Origin: a virus
IMG/VR virus record: IMGVR_UViG_3300032516_000003
Location: 1,341-65,340 of that record
DNA length: 64,000 nt
Strand: one strand, 5' to 3'
A program made the translations under genes and the position numbers. The notes below the pieces were generated by a model. That model did no database searches, had not been told where the DNA came from, and worked only from the letters and a program-made list of their open reading frames with translations. Below are positions 7,888-15,933 of this stretch, one piece after another; the stretch's first letter is position 1; the number at the start of each line of letters is the position of its first letter.

Positions 7888-8057
7888 AGTACCAGGACAG
7901 CGAGTACCGCTGGCATCGGGAGCTCTGGCAGCGATTCCGCCGCGAGGTCCCCGATGACGAGACGGCGGAGAAGGTCTGCGCCATCGCAGTGGAGGAGATC
8001 GAGCGGATAATCGATCGCCATCACTGGAACAGCAACGGCATCAACTGGGACGACTGA
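7884..8057 (+). CDS. hypothetical protein (GTG start), 57 aa
   Basis: GAGGATG SD-like 4 nt before GTG 7884, which overlaps stop TGA of upstream gene. Confidence 0.4.
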   Translation: MKYQDSEYRWHRELWQRFRREVPDDETAEKVCAIAVEEIERIIDRHHWNSNGINWDD

Positions 8058-8065
8058 GGTGACCA

Positions 8066-8440
8066 ATGACCAATGCTGAGTGGTTTGTCTACGACCCGAT
8101 TGATGGCGCATCATTCTACGCGACTGAGGTGGAGGCCCGCGATCGAGCCGAAGCACTACTCGAAGAGGAGCGGGACGATTCGGGGGATGGCTGGAATGAG
8201 CATGTCAACCAGATCTGCTACGGGCGGGTCATGGGTCGAGTTGAGCAGATCAAGTGTGCGCCCGCCCCGGAAGGCAGTGGATTCGACGAGTACTGGGACT
8301 TTGCCCTCAAGACACTGGCTGACCCGGGAGGACAAGCCATGGCGGATGCGAGGGTGCTCGCCCACAGCTACAAGCATGACTCGAACCCGCCACAGGATGT
8401 GGTAGCCCGTGCCTTAGCGTACCCAGTGAGGTCAATCTGA
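8066..8440 (+). CDS. hypothetical acidic protein, 124 aa
   Basis: GAGGTGACCA-ATG. Confidence 0.6.
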   Translation: MTNAEWFVYDPIDGASFYATEVEARDRAEALLEEERDDSGDGWNEHVNQICYGRVMGRVEQIKCAPAPEGSGFDEYWDFALKTLADPGGQAMADARVLAHSYKHDSNPPQDVVARALAYPVRSI

Positions 8441-8455
8441 TTTGTGGAGGAGCGT

Positions 8456-8617
8456 ATGAGCAAGAATGGGATGATACCTGGACAGGAACCGTACACGCAG
8501 GAAGAGCTCCAGCGGCTACACAAGGCTCTGGAGGAGGCCTGTGAGGCAACAGAGTACTTCACTGAGGACGAACTGGAGGAGGCAGCCGATGAGTGTCGAC
8601 TTCCACGTCGAGGGTGA
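8456..8617 (+). CDS. small acidic ORF, 53 aa
   Basis: GTGGAGGAGCGT-ATG; below ORF-table cutoff. Confidence 0.4.
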   Translation: MSKNGMIPGQEPYTQEELQRLHKALEEACEATEYFTEDELEEAADECRLPRRG

Positions 8618-8930
8618 ACACTTCGACCCGGAGGCCCCTCAGAATCACTCGGTCTGGATCAATCTCTGCAACCGCAACGCTGGTGACCTCTTGAACTGGC
8701 TGGAGATTCCACGTGATGGGCTCTATGGTCAGATCAGGGGCACGGAGTTGGCAGCCAAGTGCCGCCGGCGGTTGTGGGACGTGCCACGGAATCACGACCA
8801 GGGACTGGAGACGGTCACCGACGGCCGGGTCACTGACTGCGGCCGCGAAGACGACTACCTGAGGACCCGCACCCGGTGGCTCCTGGCCATGGCTGAGCGG
8901 GCTGGAGAGAGGATGGTCTTGTTTGGCTAG
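8589..8930 (+). CDS. hypothetical protein, 113 aa
   Basis: GGAGGAGG SD before ATG 8589. Confidence 0.6.
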   Translation: MSVDFHVEGEHFDPEAPQNHSVWINLCNRNAGDLLNWLEIPRDGLYGQIRGTELAAKCRRRLWDVPRNHDQGLETVTDGRVTDCGREDDYLRTRTRWLLAMAERAGERMVLFG

Positions 8931-8974
8931 GAGATGGTACTATAGTCTCCATTCCCAACCATGGAGGGGTCCCG

Positions 8975-9298
8975 ATGAAAGTCACCTTGCGGGACAAGCT
9001 CGGCGCTGATCTGGACAAGCTCCGGCTGCAGCTTCCCGCGCAGGAAGAACCCAAACCACTCGTTGGTGTTGTCGTTCCCGATCCTCGCCCCAAGCCATCC
9101 GCAGACCCACTGCACGTTCATCTCAAGCGCGAAGCGAAAGAGCCCCACGACCCGGAACTTCTCCAGCAGATTGATGAGGGTCAACTCGTCGGAGAAATTC
9201 TCGACTGGCTCTTCGCCAAGGGCTACTTCAAGGACAGTGTCATTCGTACCTCCCTGATCGTTGCCCAGCGGGAGTTCTTCAAGGAGCGCGGACGATGA
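8975..9298 (+). CDS. hypothetical protein, 107 aa
   Basis: GGAGGGG SD. Confidence 0.6.
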   Translation: MKVTLRDKLGADLDKLRLQLPAQEEPKPLVGVVVPDPRPKPSADPLHVHLKREAKEPHDPELLQQIDEGQLVGEILDWLFAKGYFKDSVIRTSLIVAQREFFKERGR

Positions 9299-9969
9299 TC
9301 TCCGCCAGGGACTTCTACAAGCCCCTGATCTGGGTCGAGGGCATCATCGGTGCCGGCAAGTCGACCTTCGCTCGCGAGGTAGGAAGCCGCCTGGAGCTCC
9401 GCATTCTGGAAGAGCCGGTGGACTCCAACCCATACCTCAAGGTGTTCTACGAGGACCCAGCCAAGTATGCCTTCGGCATGCAGATCCATCTCCTGCACCG
9501 GCGGTACATCCAGCAGCGCCTGGCCGCGGATGAAGCCACCAGTCTGGGTGGATACAAGGGCGCCATCCTGGACCGCTCACTGTCAGGGGATCGAGTGTTC
9601 GCCAAGCTGCACCACGTGGCTGGCAACATCACCTACCTCGACTGGGTCACCTACGAGATGGCCTACAACTTCATGTGCCGCAGCCTGCTGCCGCCGACGT
9701 TGCTAGTCTTCCTCGATGTCCAGCCGGAGACGGCCTATGCGCGCATGAAGAAGCGTGATCGGACGGTAGAGGCCAAGGTGTCACTCGACTACCTAGTCGC
9801 CCTGCGCCAGGGCTACCAGGAGTTGCTGACCGAGGCTGAGCGCGGGCTGATGCCGTGGGCTCATGCGGTGCGCGTCACGCGTATCGTCTGGGACCCCGAC
9901 ATCATCACCGTCGGACACTGGGACGCTGTCGCTCGGACAGTTCTGGACGCGTGCCGCTTCCTCACTTGA
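9295..9969 (+). CDS. deoxynucleoside kinase (dNK/dGK family)
   Basis: P-loop GIIGAGKST near N-terminus, LDRSLSGDRVF and arginine-rich lid (ARMKKRDRTVE) as in the deoxynucleoside kinase family; ATGA coupled. Confidence 0.8.
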   Translation: MISARDFYKPLIWVEGIIGAGKSTFAREVGSRLELRILEEPVDSNPYLKVFYEDPAKYAFGMQIHLLHRRYIQQRLAADEATSLGGYKGAILDRSLSGDRVFAKLHHVAGNITYLDWVTYEMAYNFMCRSLLPPTLLVFLDVQPETAYARMKKRDRTVEAKVSLDYLVALRQGYQELLTEAERGLMPWAHAVRVTRIVWDPDIITVGHWDAVARTVLDACRFLT

Positions 9970-9970
9970 T

Positions 9971-9980
9971 CCGAGGTATA
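9971..9980 (+). promoter_or_regulatory. AGGTATAAGA -10-like box
   Basis: start of the 134-nt leader of gene 10104. Confidence 0.4.
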
Positions 9981-10103
9981 AGAGATGTAGGATCAAAGGA
10001 GGATAGCCATGAGAAGAGAGCACGCTCCTCGCGCTCTCGCTAGCCACGAAGCTCATCAACCACGTCGGCCAGGCGGTGGTCGATACGCAACTCAAGGTGA
10101 AAC

Positions 10104-10574
10104 ATGCCAAAGAGCAAGGTCAACGAGAAGAAGAAACGGGGTGACGGATCGGTCCAGCTCCTCGCCCGATTCGCGGGGCTGGGGTCCAAGGACTCGGAGG
10201 AGAACACCAAAGATCTGTTCTTCGCGGCGTTGAACAACGTCGGCTTCATGCGACTACTGATGTGGATCATCCGTGACTGGTTCTTCAGGAAGCTGCTGAA
10301 CTCCAGACCAGAGGGCTTCGGGAAGTATCCTACCTTCTGGCAGTTGATCGGGTTGGCGGTCTCGAAGATGTTCAAGCACAACCTGGAGCGAGGGGACAAC
10401 TACAAGAAGATGGAGGTGGCCGACATCCTGGGAAGGAAGCGGCGCGTCGATGCCCAGATCGAGGAAGCAGTCAACAACAACCGGCCCATCGCAGGGCTGG
10501 TGGCCGACTCCTACAACTACGGCTGGATGCTAGTGGAGAAACTGGGGGAAATGCAGCCTCCAGAGTTCGAGTGA
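10104..10574 (+). CDS. hypothetical protein, 156 aa
   Basis: good GC3; first ATG after in-frame stop; 134-nt leader with strong SD and atypical-codon ORF (see findings); terminator 10578-10607 follows. Confidence 0.7.
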   Translation: MPKSKVNEKKKRGDGSVQLLARFAGLGSKDSEENTKDLFFAALNNVGFMRLLMWIIRDWFFRKLLNSRPEGFGKYPTFWQLIGLAVSKMFKHNLERGDNYKKMEVADILGRKRRVDAQIEEAVNNNRPIAGLVADSYNYGWMLVEKLGEMQPPEFE

Positions 10575-10577
10575 TCA

Positions 10578-10607
10578 AGCGAGGCCCACAAGGGCCTCGC
10601 TTTCTTT
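10578..10607 (+). terminator. hairpin AGCGAGGCCC-ACAA-GGGCCTCGCT + TTCTTT
   Basis: 10-bp perfect stem plus T-run after gene 10104-10574. Confidence 0.65.
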
Positions 10608-10631
10608 AGCCCTGACACGGGGAGGCGAAGG

Positions 10632-10892
10632 ATGTTGAATGGCAAGCGGGAGAAGTTGTACAAGGCCTATCTGGAGATCATCCGAGACTGTCGGGTCATG
10701 AACAACCGATCGCAGGCTAAAGTAGCGAGGGCGGCCGGCCTGAGCGGGAAGTACGTCAACATGCTCGAACTCGGCCGCCGCTCGCCGGCATTGGAAAGTC
10801 TGCTGGCACTGTGTTCCGCTGCGGGAGTGGGTAGGGCCACGGCTACCCAGCTGGTGACCGAAGTGCTAGACTCATTCGACTGGGAAGAGTGA
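10632..10892 (+). CDS. XRE-family (Cro/CI-type) HTH regulator
   Basis: GGGAGG SD; RSQAKVARAAGLSGKYVNMLELGRRSP HTH_XRE pattern. Confidence 0.75.
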   Translation: MLNGKREKLYKAYLEIIRDCRVMNNRSQAKVARAAGLSGKYVNMLELGRRSPALESLLALCSAAGVGRATATQLVTEVLDSFDWEE

Positions 10893-11146
10893 TGGAGAAC
10901 CTGTGGAGAGTCGGCTTCATGCCGCGGGCACTGGAACTGGTCACCCTGATGTCGGGGTTGGTCGAGATCCTCGACGTCTACTGGCATGTCGAAGACAGCG
11001 CCCTGATCTTCTTGGTGAAGAGCAAGAGCCACGAGTTGTTCCGTCAGGACTCCTTGCGGGGTACCCCGACCAAGCGGGTGCAGATGTCCAACCAGCCGCT
11101 GTACGTCGACCTAGCTGGTCTCAACGAGACCCGCCAGGTCCAGTAG
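10889..11146 (+). CDS. hypothetical protein, 85 aa
   Basis: ATGA overlap with XRE gene. Confidence 0.55.
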   Translation: MMENLWRVGFMPRALELVTLMSGLVEILDVYWHVEDSALIFLVKSKSHELFRQDSLRGTPTKRVQMSNQPLYVDLAGLNETRQVQ

Positions 11147-12022
11147 CGAATTCGCCGCCCCACGCAGCGGATCTATGTCGGTCTTCTTGATCTCGTCCCA
11201 GTCCAGTGGTTGCTTGTCGATGTAGTTGGTGAGCTCGTCGGCCTTCGACTGCAGACCCTTCGCCGCGGTGATGAGAGCCTGCAGGTTGCGGATGACCACG
11301 ACCGTCGGGGACTGAGTGGTCTTGAGCTTCTTGTCCTTCAACCGTTCCTTGCTCTCCTCCTGAGTCTCTTCCAGCATCACCCGCAGTTCTTCCTGCTGCT
11401 GCTTCTTGGGTAGGCGTGTGAGGCGGTTGGCCTGGTCGATCGTGATGAGTCCACGGTCGAGAGCCCGGCTGGCGGAAGGACACAGGTTCGCCGCCCGCTT
11501 TAGCGTCTCGCGGGCCTTGCTAGGGCTCACGCCTAGTTCCTTCGCCAGTTCCTTCACTGCTGTCTCTCGTGGCAAGGTCGGCCGGCCTGGCGATGGCTTC
11601 GTGCCCGAGCGCTTGTGCCGCTCAGCTTCGTCGGCAGCCTTCTTGGCCGCCTCGGTTTCGAGCAACTCTCCATAGCGCTTGAGACCCCAGCGCAGTTCGC
11701 TTTCCTTGGGGCTGCGGCGGTGCAGGTTCTCGATGATCGACAGGATCTCGGCGGTGCGGTCGTCGACTTGAGCTACCGCACAACGCGCCTCCTTGATCCC
11801 CTCCGCCTTCATGGAGAGGTAGCGCACCCGGCCGGCCAGGAGCTCGTAGGTGCCACTGATCTTGCCCTTCACCTGCCGGACTAGCAGCTGGTGCAGCTGA
11901 CCGAACTTGGCGATGCTGCCACCAAGTTCATCGATGTCTTTCGGGGTGATCTCTCGCTGCCAGTGGACGGGGCTGATATGGATGGCAGCGAGTGGGATGA
12001 TCTTGTCCTTGTACGGTATCAT
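11111..12022 (-). CDS. ParB-like nuclease-domain protein
   Basis: AGGAGG SD before ATG 12022 (MIPYKDK); N-terminal IPLAAIHISPVHWQRE...LGGSIAKFGQLHQLLVRQV...YELLAGRVRYL matches ParB/Srx N-domain, then HTH (TAVKELAKELGVSPSKARETLKRA). Confidence 0.8.
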   Translation of the reverse strand: MIPYKDKIIPLAAIHISPVHWQREITPKDIDELGGSIAKFGQLHQLLVRQVKGKISGTYELLAGRVRYLSMKAEGIKEARCAVAQVDDRTAEILSIIENLHRRSPKESELRWGLKRYGELLETEAAKKAADEAERHKRSGTKPSPGRPTLPRETAVKELAKELGVSPSKARETLKRAANLCPSASRALDRGLITIDQANRLTRLPKKQQQEELRVMLEETQEESKERLKDKKLKTTQSPTVVVIRNLQALITAAKGLQSKADELTNYIDKQPLDWDEIKKTDIDPLRGAANSLLDLAGLVETS

Positions 12023-12053
12023 CAGCGCCTCCTGGGTAAAGGAGTGGGTGGGC

Positions 12054-12092
12054 ACACCCGTAGACATGCCCACCCACTCGCTCTCGGTCTAG
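12054..12092. promoter_or_regulatory. perfect 13-bp inverted repeat GAGTGGGTGGGCA-N12-TGCCCACCCACTC
   Basis: between histone-fold gene stop and ParB-like gene SD; no T-tract on either side. Confidence 0.5.
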
Positions 12093-12286
12093 AAGTCCTC
12101 CAGCCGCACCGTGGCACGGCCGTTGGCCTTGCAGCGTCCGATTGCTTCGTTGACCCTGTCGGCCATCCACTGGTGGATGCCTTCCGCTGTCTCGCCGGCG
12201 AGGCGCAGACCGGCATCGCTGATGAGCTCCTTGAGCGAGGACGTGACGATGAGACGGGGTGCTTCCTTCACTTCCTTCTTGGCCAT
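12089..12286 (-). CDS. histone-fold protein (archaeal/bacterial histone-like), 65 aa
   Basis: AGGAGGAAGCA-ATG; full-length collinear similarity to HMf-type histone fold (LISDAGLRLAGETAEG...NGRATVRLEDF vs IIKDAGAERVSDDAR...GRKTIKAEDIE). Confidence 0.7.
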   Translation of the reverse strand: MAKKEVKEAPRLIVTSSLKELISDAGLRLAGETAEGIHQWMADRVNEAIGRCKANGRATVRLEDF

Positions 12287-12325
12287 TGCTTCCTCCTGGG
12301 TGAACCGGGGACCATCCCCGGAGTC

Positions 12326-12754
12326 TCAGCACTGCTTGTTGACGGCGAACATCACGGATGCGCGAAGGATGTCCTCGCAGACCCGCCGGCGCATGACGTC
12401 CTCGTCCTTGATCGAGGGACGAACCACGTGTACATCGAAACAGGAATACGACTCCTTGTCAACCGCTTGCTTCCAGCGGTAGCTCTGGACGATCCACCCC
12501 TTCACTACCCGCGTCTCCTGCCTGGTCAGTGGTGGCAGATGCGGACCGGGGTCCTCCTTCAGCCACTCCACCATCACATAGATGTCCAGAGGTGATACCC
12601 AGAGTGCCGCCTTGAAGTCCCACTCCCTGTATCGCCAGACCTGGGCGAGCTCTGGTAGGGGGCCGTGGGTAGGGTGTAGTGGGTCTCCGATCGCCTCATC
12701 TGGCCACTCCCCCAGGGGCGGTATGATGATGTCATAGAGTAGCTTGGGCTGCAT
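12326..12754 (-). CDS. hypothetical protein, 142 aa
   Basis: GGGAGG SD before ATG 12754 (MQPKLLYD); first gene of the minus-strand trio. Confidence 0.6.
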   Translation of the reverse strand: MQPKLLYDIIIPPLGEWPDEAIGDPLHPTHGPLPELAQVWRYREWDFKAALWVSPLDIYVMVEWLKEDPGPHLPPLTRQETRVVKGWIVQSYRWKQAVDKESYSCFDVHVVRPSIKDEDVMRRRVCEDILRASVMFAVNKQC

Positions 12755-12884
12755 GTTACCTCCCAACGTCAGTGATGCTCTTATCACACATTCCTGTGGT
12801 GTTTTCTAAGGCCGGGAAATCCCAACGATCCTGTGGCATAAGCCCGGTACGCACTGCTGATCGCTAAATTGTTCACTTTGGGGC

Positions 12885-12913
12885 TTGACAAAGCCGTGGT
12901 GATCGATCATAGT
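12885..12913 (+). promoter_or_regulatory. sigma70-type promoter TTGACA-17-CATAGT
   Basis: upstream of H1-like gene; spacer/-10 GATCGATCATAGT nearly identical to promoter at 863. Confidence 0.55.
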
Positions 12914-12949
12914 GTTTCTGTCAAGGCCGATCAACCCAGGAGGTACGGC

Positions 12950-13456
12950 ATGTACAACACGGACCAGTGGAAGATCATGAAGCAGCTCGCCGGCTCACTC
13001 CCGAAGCGTGAGTCCCTCAAGATCGGGGACATCAAGGACAAGTGCTTCAAGTCTGCCCCCAACGACCGCGTGGTGCGGAACGCCATCCGCAAGCCGGTCG
13101 CCGAGGGCCACGTCGAGATCGCCGATCGTGGCGACTATCGGCTGACGGCGAAGGGCGCCGCCTTCTGCCAGAAGATGGAGAAGGAGGGCTTCAAGCCGGC
13201 GTCAGTGCGTCAGATGGCGAAGCCGTCTCAATCGATCAAGAAGAGTGCCAAGAAGGCCGCCCCGAAGAAGGTGGCCAAGAAGAGTGCCAAGAAGGCCGCC
13301 CCGAAGAAGGTGGCCAAGACCAACGGAGCCAAGGTCGAGTCCAAGCCGACCGAGAAGTCCCAGGCCCCCGAACCCAAGAAGAGCTCGGTCAAGATCCCCC
13401 GCCCCAAGAAGGACGAGTCGGCAGCTGCCGTTCCTCCGTCCACTCTCAGCTTCTAG
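12950..13456 (+). CDS. H1/Hc1-like DNA-binding protein: wHTH-like N-domain plus Lys/Ala/Pro repeat tail
   Basis: CAGGAGG SD, ATG 12950; tail KKSAKKAAPKKVAKKSAKKAAPKKVAK...KKSSVKIPRPKK; downstream of TTGACA-17-CATAGT promoter; terminator hairpin 13483-13513. Confidence 0.75.
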   Translation: MYNTDQWKIMKQLAGSLPKRESLKIGDIKDKCFKSAPNDRVVRNAIRKPVAEGHVEIADRGDYRLTAKGAAFCQKMEKEGFKPASVRQMAKPSQSIKKSAKKAAPKKVAKKSAKKAAPKKVAKTNGAKVESKPTEKSQAPEPKKSSVKIPRPKKDESAAAVPPSTLSF

Positions 13457-13482
13457 CAGCATCCTCCTACTGCTTGATCATC

Positions 13483-13513
13483 AAAGGCCTCACGAGGAGG
13501 CCTTTGGTGTTTC
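13483..13513 (+). terminator. hairpin AAAGGCCTC-N5-GAGGCCTTT + GGTGTTTC
   Basis: after H1-like gene. Confidence 0.55.
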
Positions 13514-13523
13514 AGGAGATCGC

Positions 13524-13727
13524 ATGGCCGACAAACCCGAGAACGAAGAACTCACTCGCTTGGCAGTGCTGATGATAAAGCGGCGTGATCAGATTTTGCT
13601 TCTGGACAAGCTCACCGCCCTAGAGAAACGACTGGACAAGTTGTGCCGCCGGATGAAGGACTGTGAGGAGCTAGTTGCCTGGTCACGGCGGCGTAGGCCG
13701 ATCAAGAAGACGAGGAGGAAGCGATGA
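13524..13727 (+). CDS. hypothetical small basic protein, 67 aa
   Basis: CAGGAGATCGC-ATG. Confidence 0.5.
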   Translation: MADKPENEELTRLAVLMIKRRDQILLLDKLTALEKRLDKLCRRMKDCEELVAWSRRRRPIKKTRRKR

Positions 13728-14179
13728 ACGAGAAGATCGATGTGATCGATGACCAGGAGCGACGCGCTCAGATCCTGCTGTTGGGGGACGCACTCTTTCA
13801 CTTGCTCTCAGAGCGGTTTTCGAGCTACTGTCTGGACAACGAGGGAGAACGCGCCGACCTATCGGTGGCACTCGCCGAGTGGCTGATCGTAGCGGACAAG
13901 ACGACCGAGATCACGCAGCAGATCACACTGCCGCGTGCAAAGAGCAGGGTAGGGTTCAATGTGGTCGATGAGGTGACAGGCAAGAGAATCGTCTACCTGG
14001 AACTCGAACGCGACCGGATGATGACCGATGGCGACTTTCTCCAGCTTCAGAACTTCTTCTGGACCACCATCGGCCTAGCGATCGTTGATCACCCTGAGGT
14101 CATCAGAACGCTGCAGGCCGCCGGCATCAAGGTCACCCGTGGTGGTGACGACGAGGGAGGACAGCTAGCACCCGCCTGA
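13724..14179 (+). CDS. hypothetical protein, 151 aa
   Basis: GGAGGAAG SD, ATGA coupling. Confidence 0.65.
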   Translation: MNEKIDVIDDQERRAQILLLGDALFHLLSERFSSYCLDNEGERADLSVALAEWLIVADKTTEITQQITLPRAKSRVGFNVVDEVTGKRIVYLELERDRMMTDGDFLQLQNFFWTTIGLAIVDHPEVIRTLQAAGIKVTRGGDDEGGQLAPA

Positions 14180-14211
14180 ACGCCGTCGGGCATCTCCGGC
14201 AGGAGGAACGA

Positions 14212-14664
14212 ATGCTGGAGATCACACTTGCAGCACTCCTACTGCTTCACCCAGACCCAGATTCGAACGCGGTACAGCACTACGCCCAGTACATCACGGA
14301 GGGGGGAGAACGGGTCGACATCGACCCGCTACTGGTAGTGGCGCTCATCCATCGGGAAGGCCGATGGAATCCCAAGGCTAAGAGTGGCAAAGGCGACTTC
14401 GGGCTGATGCAGATACGGGCACGGTCCTACAAGCGCTTCCGCAACAACCCCAAGAAGCTCCTTGACCCCCAGGTGAACATCACGGTAGGAATCGAGACTC
14501 TCGCCATGTGGCGAGAGTTCCACCAGAAGAACTGCGGCAAGAAGCGGCACGACTGGTGGGCGCACTATCAACACGGGATGCACGTAGGCAACAATCGATC
14601 AGCGCAGCGTGTCGAGCGACTGTGGCACTGGCTGCGTGAACGAACCAGGAGACATGAGACATGA
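14212..14664 (+). CDS. lytic transglycosylase (SLT domain) with N-terminal hydrophobic segment
   Basis: GGCAGGAGGAACGA-ATG; ALIHREGRWNPKAKSGKGDFGLMQI matches SLT catalytic region (E...S...GLMQ). Confidence 0.8.
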   Translation: MLEITLAALLLLHPDPDSNAVQHYAQYITEGGERVDIDPLLVVALIHREGRWNPKAKSGKGDFGLMQIRARSYKRFRNNPKKLLDPQVNITVGIETLAMWREFHQKNCGKKRHDWWAHYQHGMHVGNNRSAQRVERLWHWLRERTRRHET

Positions 14665-15422
14665 CCTTCCCCATCATCGGCCTCTGCGGTGTAGCAGGTG
14701 TCGGCAAGGACGTAGTGGCTGACTTCTTCGTCGAGAAGGGCTTCGCCAAGGTCGCCTTCAGCGATCCGATGAAGCGCTTCATCCAGTATCTCTTCAACCT
14801 CGATGACGAGCAGCTGTGGGGTCCCTCGAAGACCCGCAACGAGGAGATCACCTTCACTGAAGAGGAGTGGGTTGGCATCACCCAGCGCATGGAGCAGGAG
14901 GCCTGGGACTTCGTCGAGGAGACGCGGATGAAGTGCCAGGTGCCGGCTTTGCTCGGTCTCTGGGACTGGCTCGGGGTCCTCTACCACCAGCAGAAGATTT
15001 CGCCGCGCATCATCCTGCAGACGTTGGGCACCGAGTGGGGACGCACCCTAGATCTGCACGTCTGGACGGACTACCTGCATCGGGTAGTCCGCCCCCAAAT
15101 GGAGATAGGGTACACCTACTCGGCTCAGAAGGGAGTGGAGGAGCGACGGCAAGAGTTTGCCGGCATCATCATCCCAGATCACCGCTTCGCCAATGAGGTC
15201 ATGGCCACTCGTGAAGCCGGCGGCTACATGATTCGCGTACACCGACCTGGCCGGCCGCAAGAGATAACTCTCCCAGGCATCCAGGGGCACGCCAGTGAGA
15301 AGGAGCAGGAGACTCTGGCGGCTGACTTCTTCCACAGCGAACTCTTGATGCCGGAGGGGCTGGATCGAGCACATGCAGTTCTGGAGGACTTTTTCTTCAA
15401 GCGCCCGTGGGGTGTGGGCTAG
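14661..15422 (+). CDS. deoxynucleoside-monophosphate kinase (T4 gp1-like)
   Basis: IIGLCGVAGVGKDVVADFF vs T4 gp1 LIFLSGVKRSGKDTTADFI; IIIPDHRFANEV...MIRVHRPG vs YIVPDTRQDHEM...VIHVVRPG. Confidence 0.8.
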   Translation: MTFPIIGLCGVAGVGKDVVADFFVEKGFAKVAFSDPMKRFIQYLFNLDDEQLWGPSKTRNEEITFTEEEWVGITQRMEQEAWDFVEETRMKCQVPALLGLWDWLGVLYHQQKISPRIILQTLGTEWGRTLDLHVWTDYLHRVVRPQMEIGYTYSAQKGVEERRQEFAGIIIPDHRFANEVMATREAGGYMIRVHRPGRPQEITLPGIQGHASEKEQETLAADFFHSELLMPEGLDRAHAVLEDFFFKRPWGVG

Positions 15423-15428
15423 AGAGAC

Positions 15429-15459
15429 GGGGTGGGCCGGACGACACCGGCCCACCCCA
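15429..15459. terminator. hairpin GGGGTGGGCCGG-N7-CCGGCCCACCCC between convergent genes
   Basis: 12-bp perfect GC stem; weak T-tracts. Confidence 0.5.
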
Positions 15460-15465
15460 CCGAGA

Positions 15466-15870
15466 TCAGACCTTCTCAATCTCGTAGTTCGTGCGGTTCC
15501 CGTCTTTCGTCTCCTTGACCAGGACGGGGATCCCAGTTGGGAACTCCTCCCACATCTTCGCTTCGATCGCGGCGCGGTGTGCCTCGTCGAAGACGTCATC
15601 TCCCCTGTACTTGTGGCTGTGGTCGTTGTCGCGGAAAGGCACCCACAGGTGTGGGCGGCGCCCTTCCACGACTTCGACAATGACGGTGGGTGTCAGGAAA
15701 CCGTGCCGATGGAGCGTACCGTCATGACGTTCCTCGTCGATGGGCGGCAGGTAGCGAGTGTCGTGTCCAGAGACTACGCAGTTGTAGATCTTCACCGGGA
15801 TGGTCGCAGTCGTTTCCTTCTCGGACTTGTCCTTCTTGGTCGTTTCCTTCTTGGTGGTCTTCGTGGTCAT
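15466..15870 (-). CDS. hypothetical protein with Thr/Lys-rich N-terminus, 134 aa
   Basis: GGAGGACAGC-ATG; convergent to dNMP kinase with perfect 12-bp-stem hairpin 15429-15459 between; CGGTATAAGG box upstream. Confidence 0.65.
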   Translation of the reverse strand: MTTKTTKKETTKKDKSEKETTATIPVKIYNCVVSGHDTRYLPPIDEERHDGTLHRHGFLTPTVIVEVVEGRRPHLWVPFRDNDHSHKYRGDDVFDEAHRAAIEAKMWEEFPTGIPVLVKETKDGNRTNYEIEKV

Positions 15871-15912
15871 GCTGTCCTCCGGCTGAAGGCTGATGGTTCA
15901 CTTCGTGTTTAC

Positions 15913-15922
15913 CTTATACCGT
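15913..15922 (-). promoter_or_regulatory. CGGTATAAGG -10-like box
   Basis: minus strand, 43 nt upstream of ATG 15870. Confidence 0.4.
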
Positions 15923-15933
15923 GGGAGGATCAA

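Noticed and set aside
10009-10233. 74-aa ORF behind the strongest SD of the region
   Set aside because: Arg-rich with low GC3, and overlaps the real gene 10104-10574 in another frame. Kept as a leader/uORF observation, not a gene.
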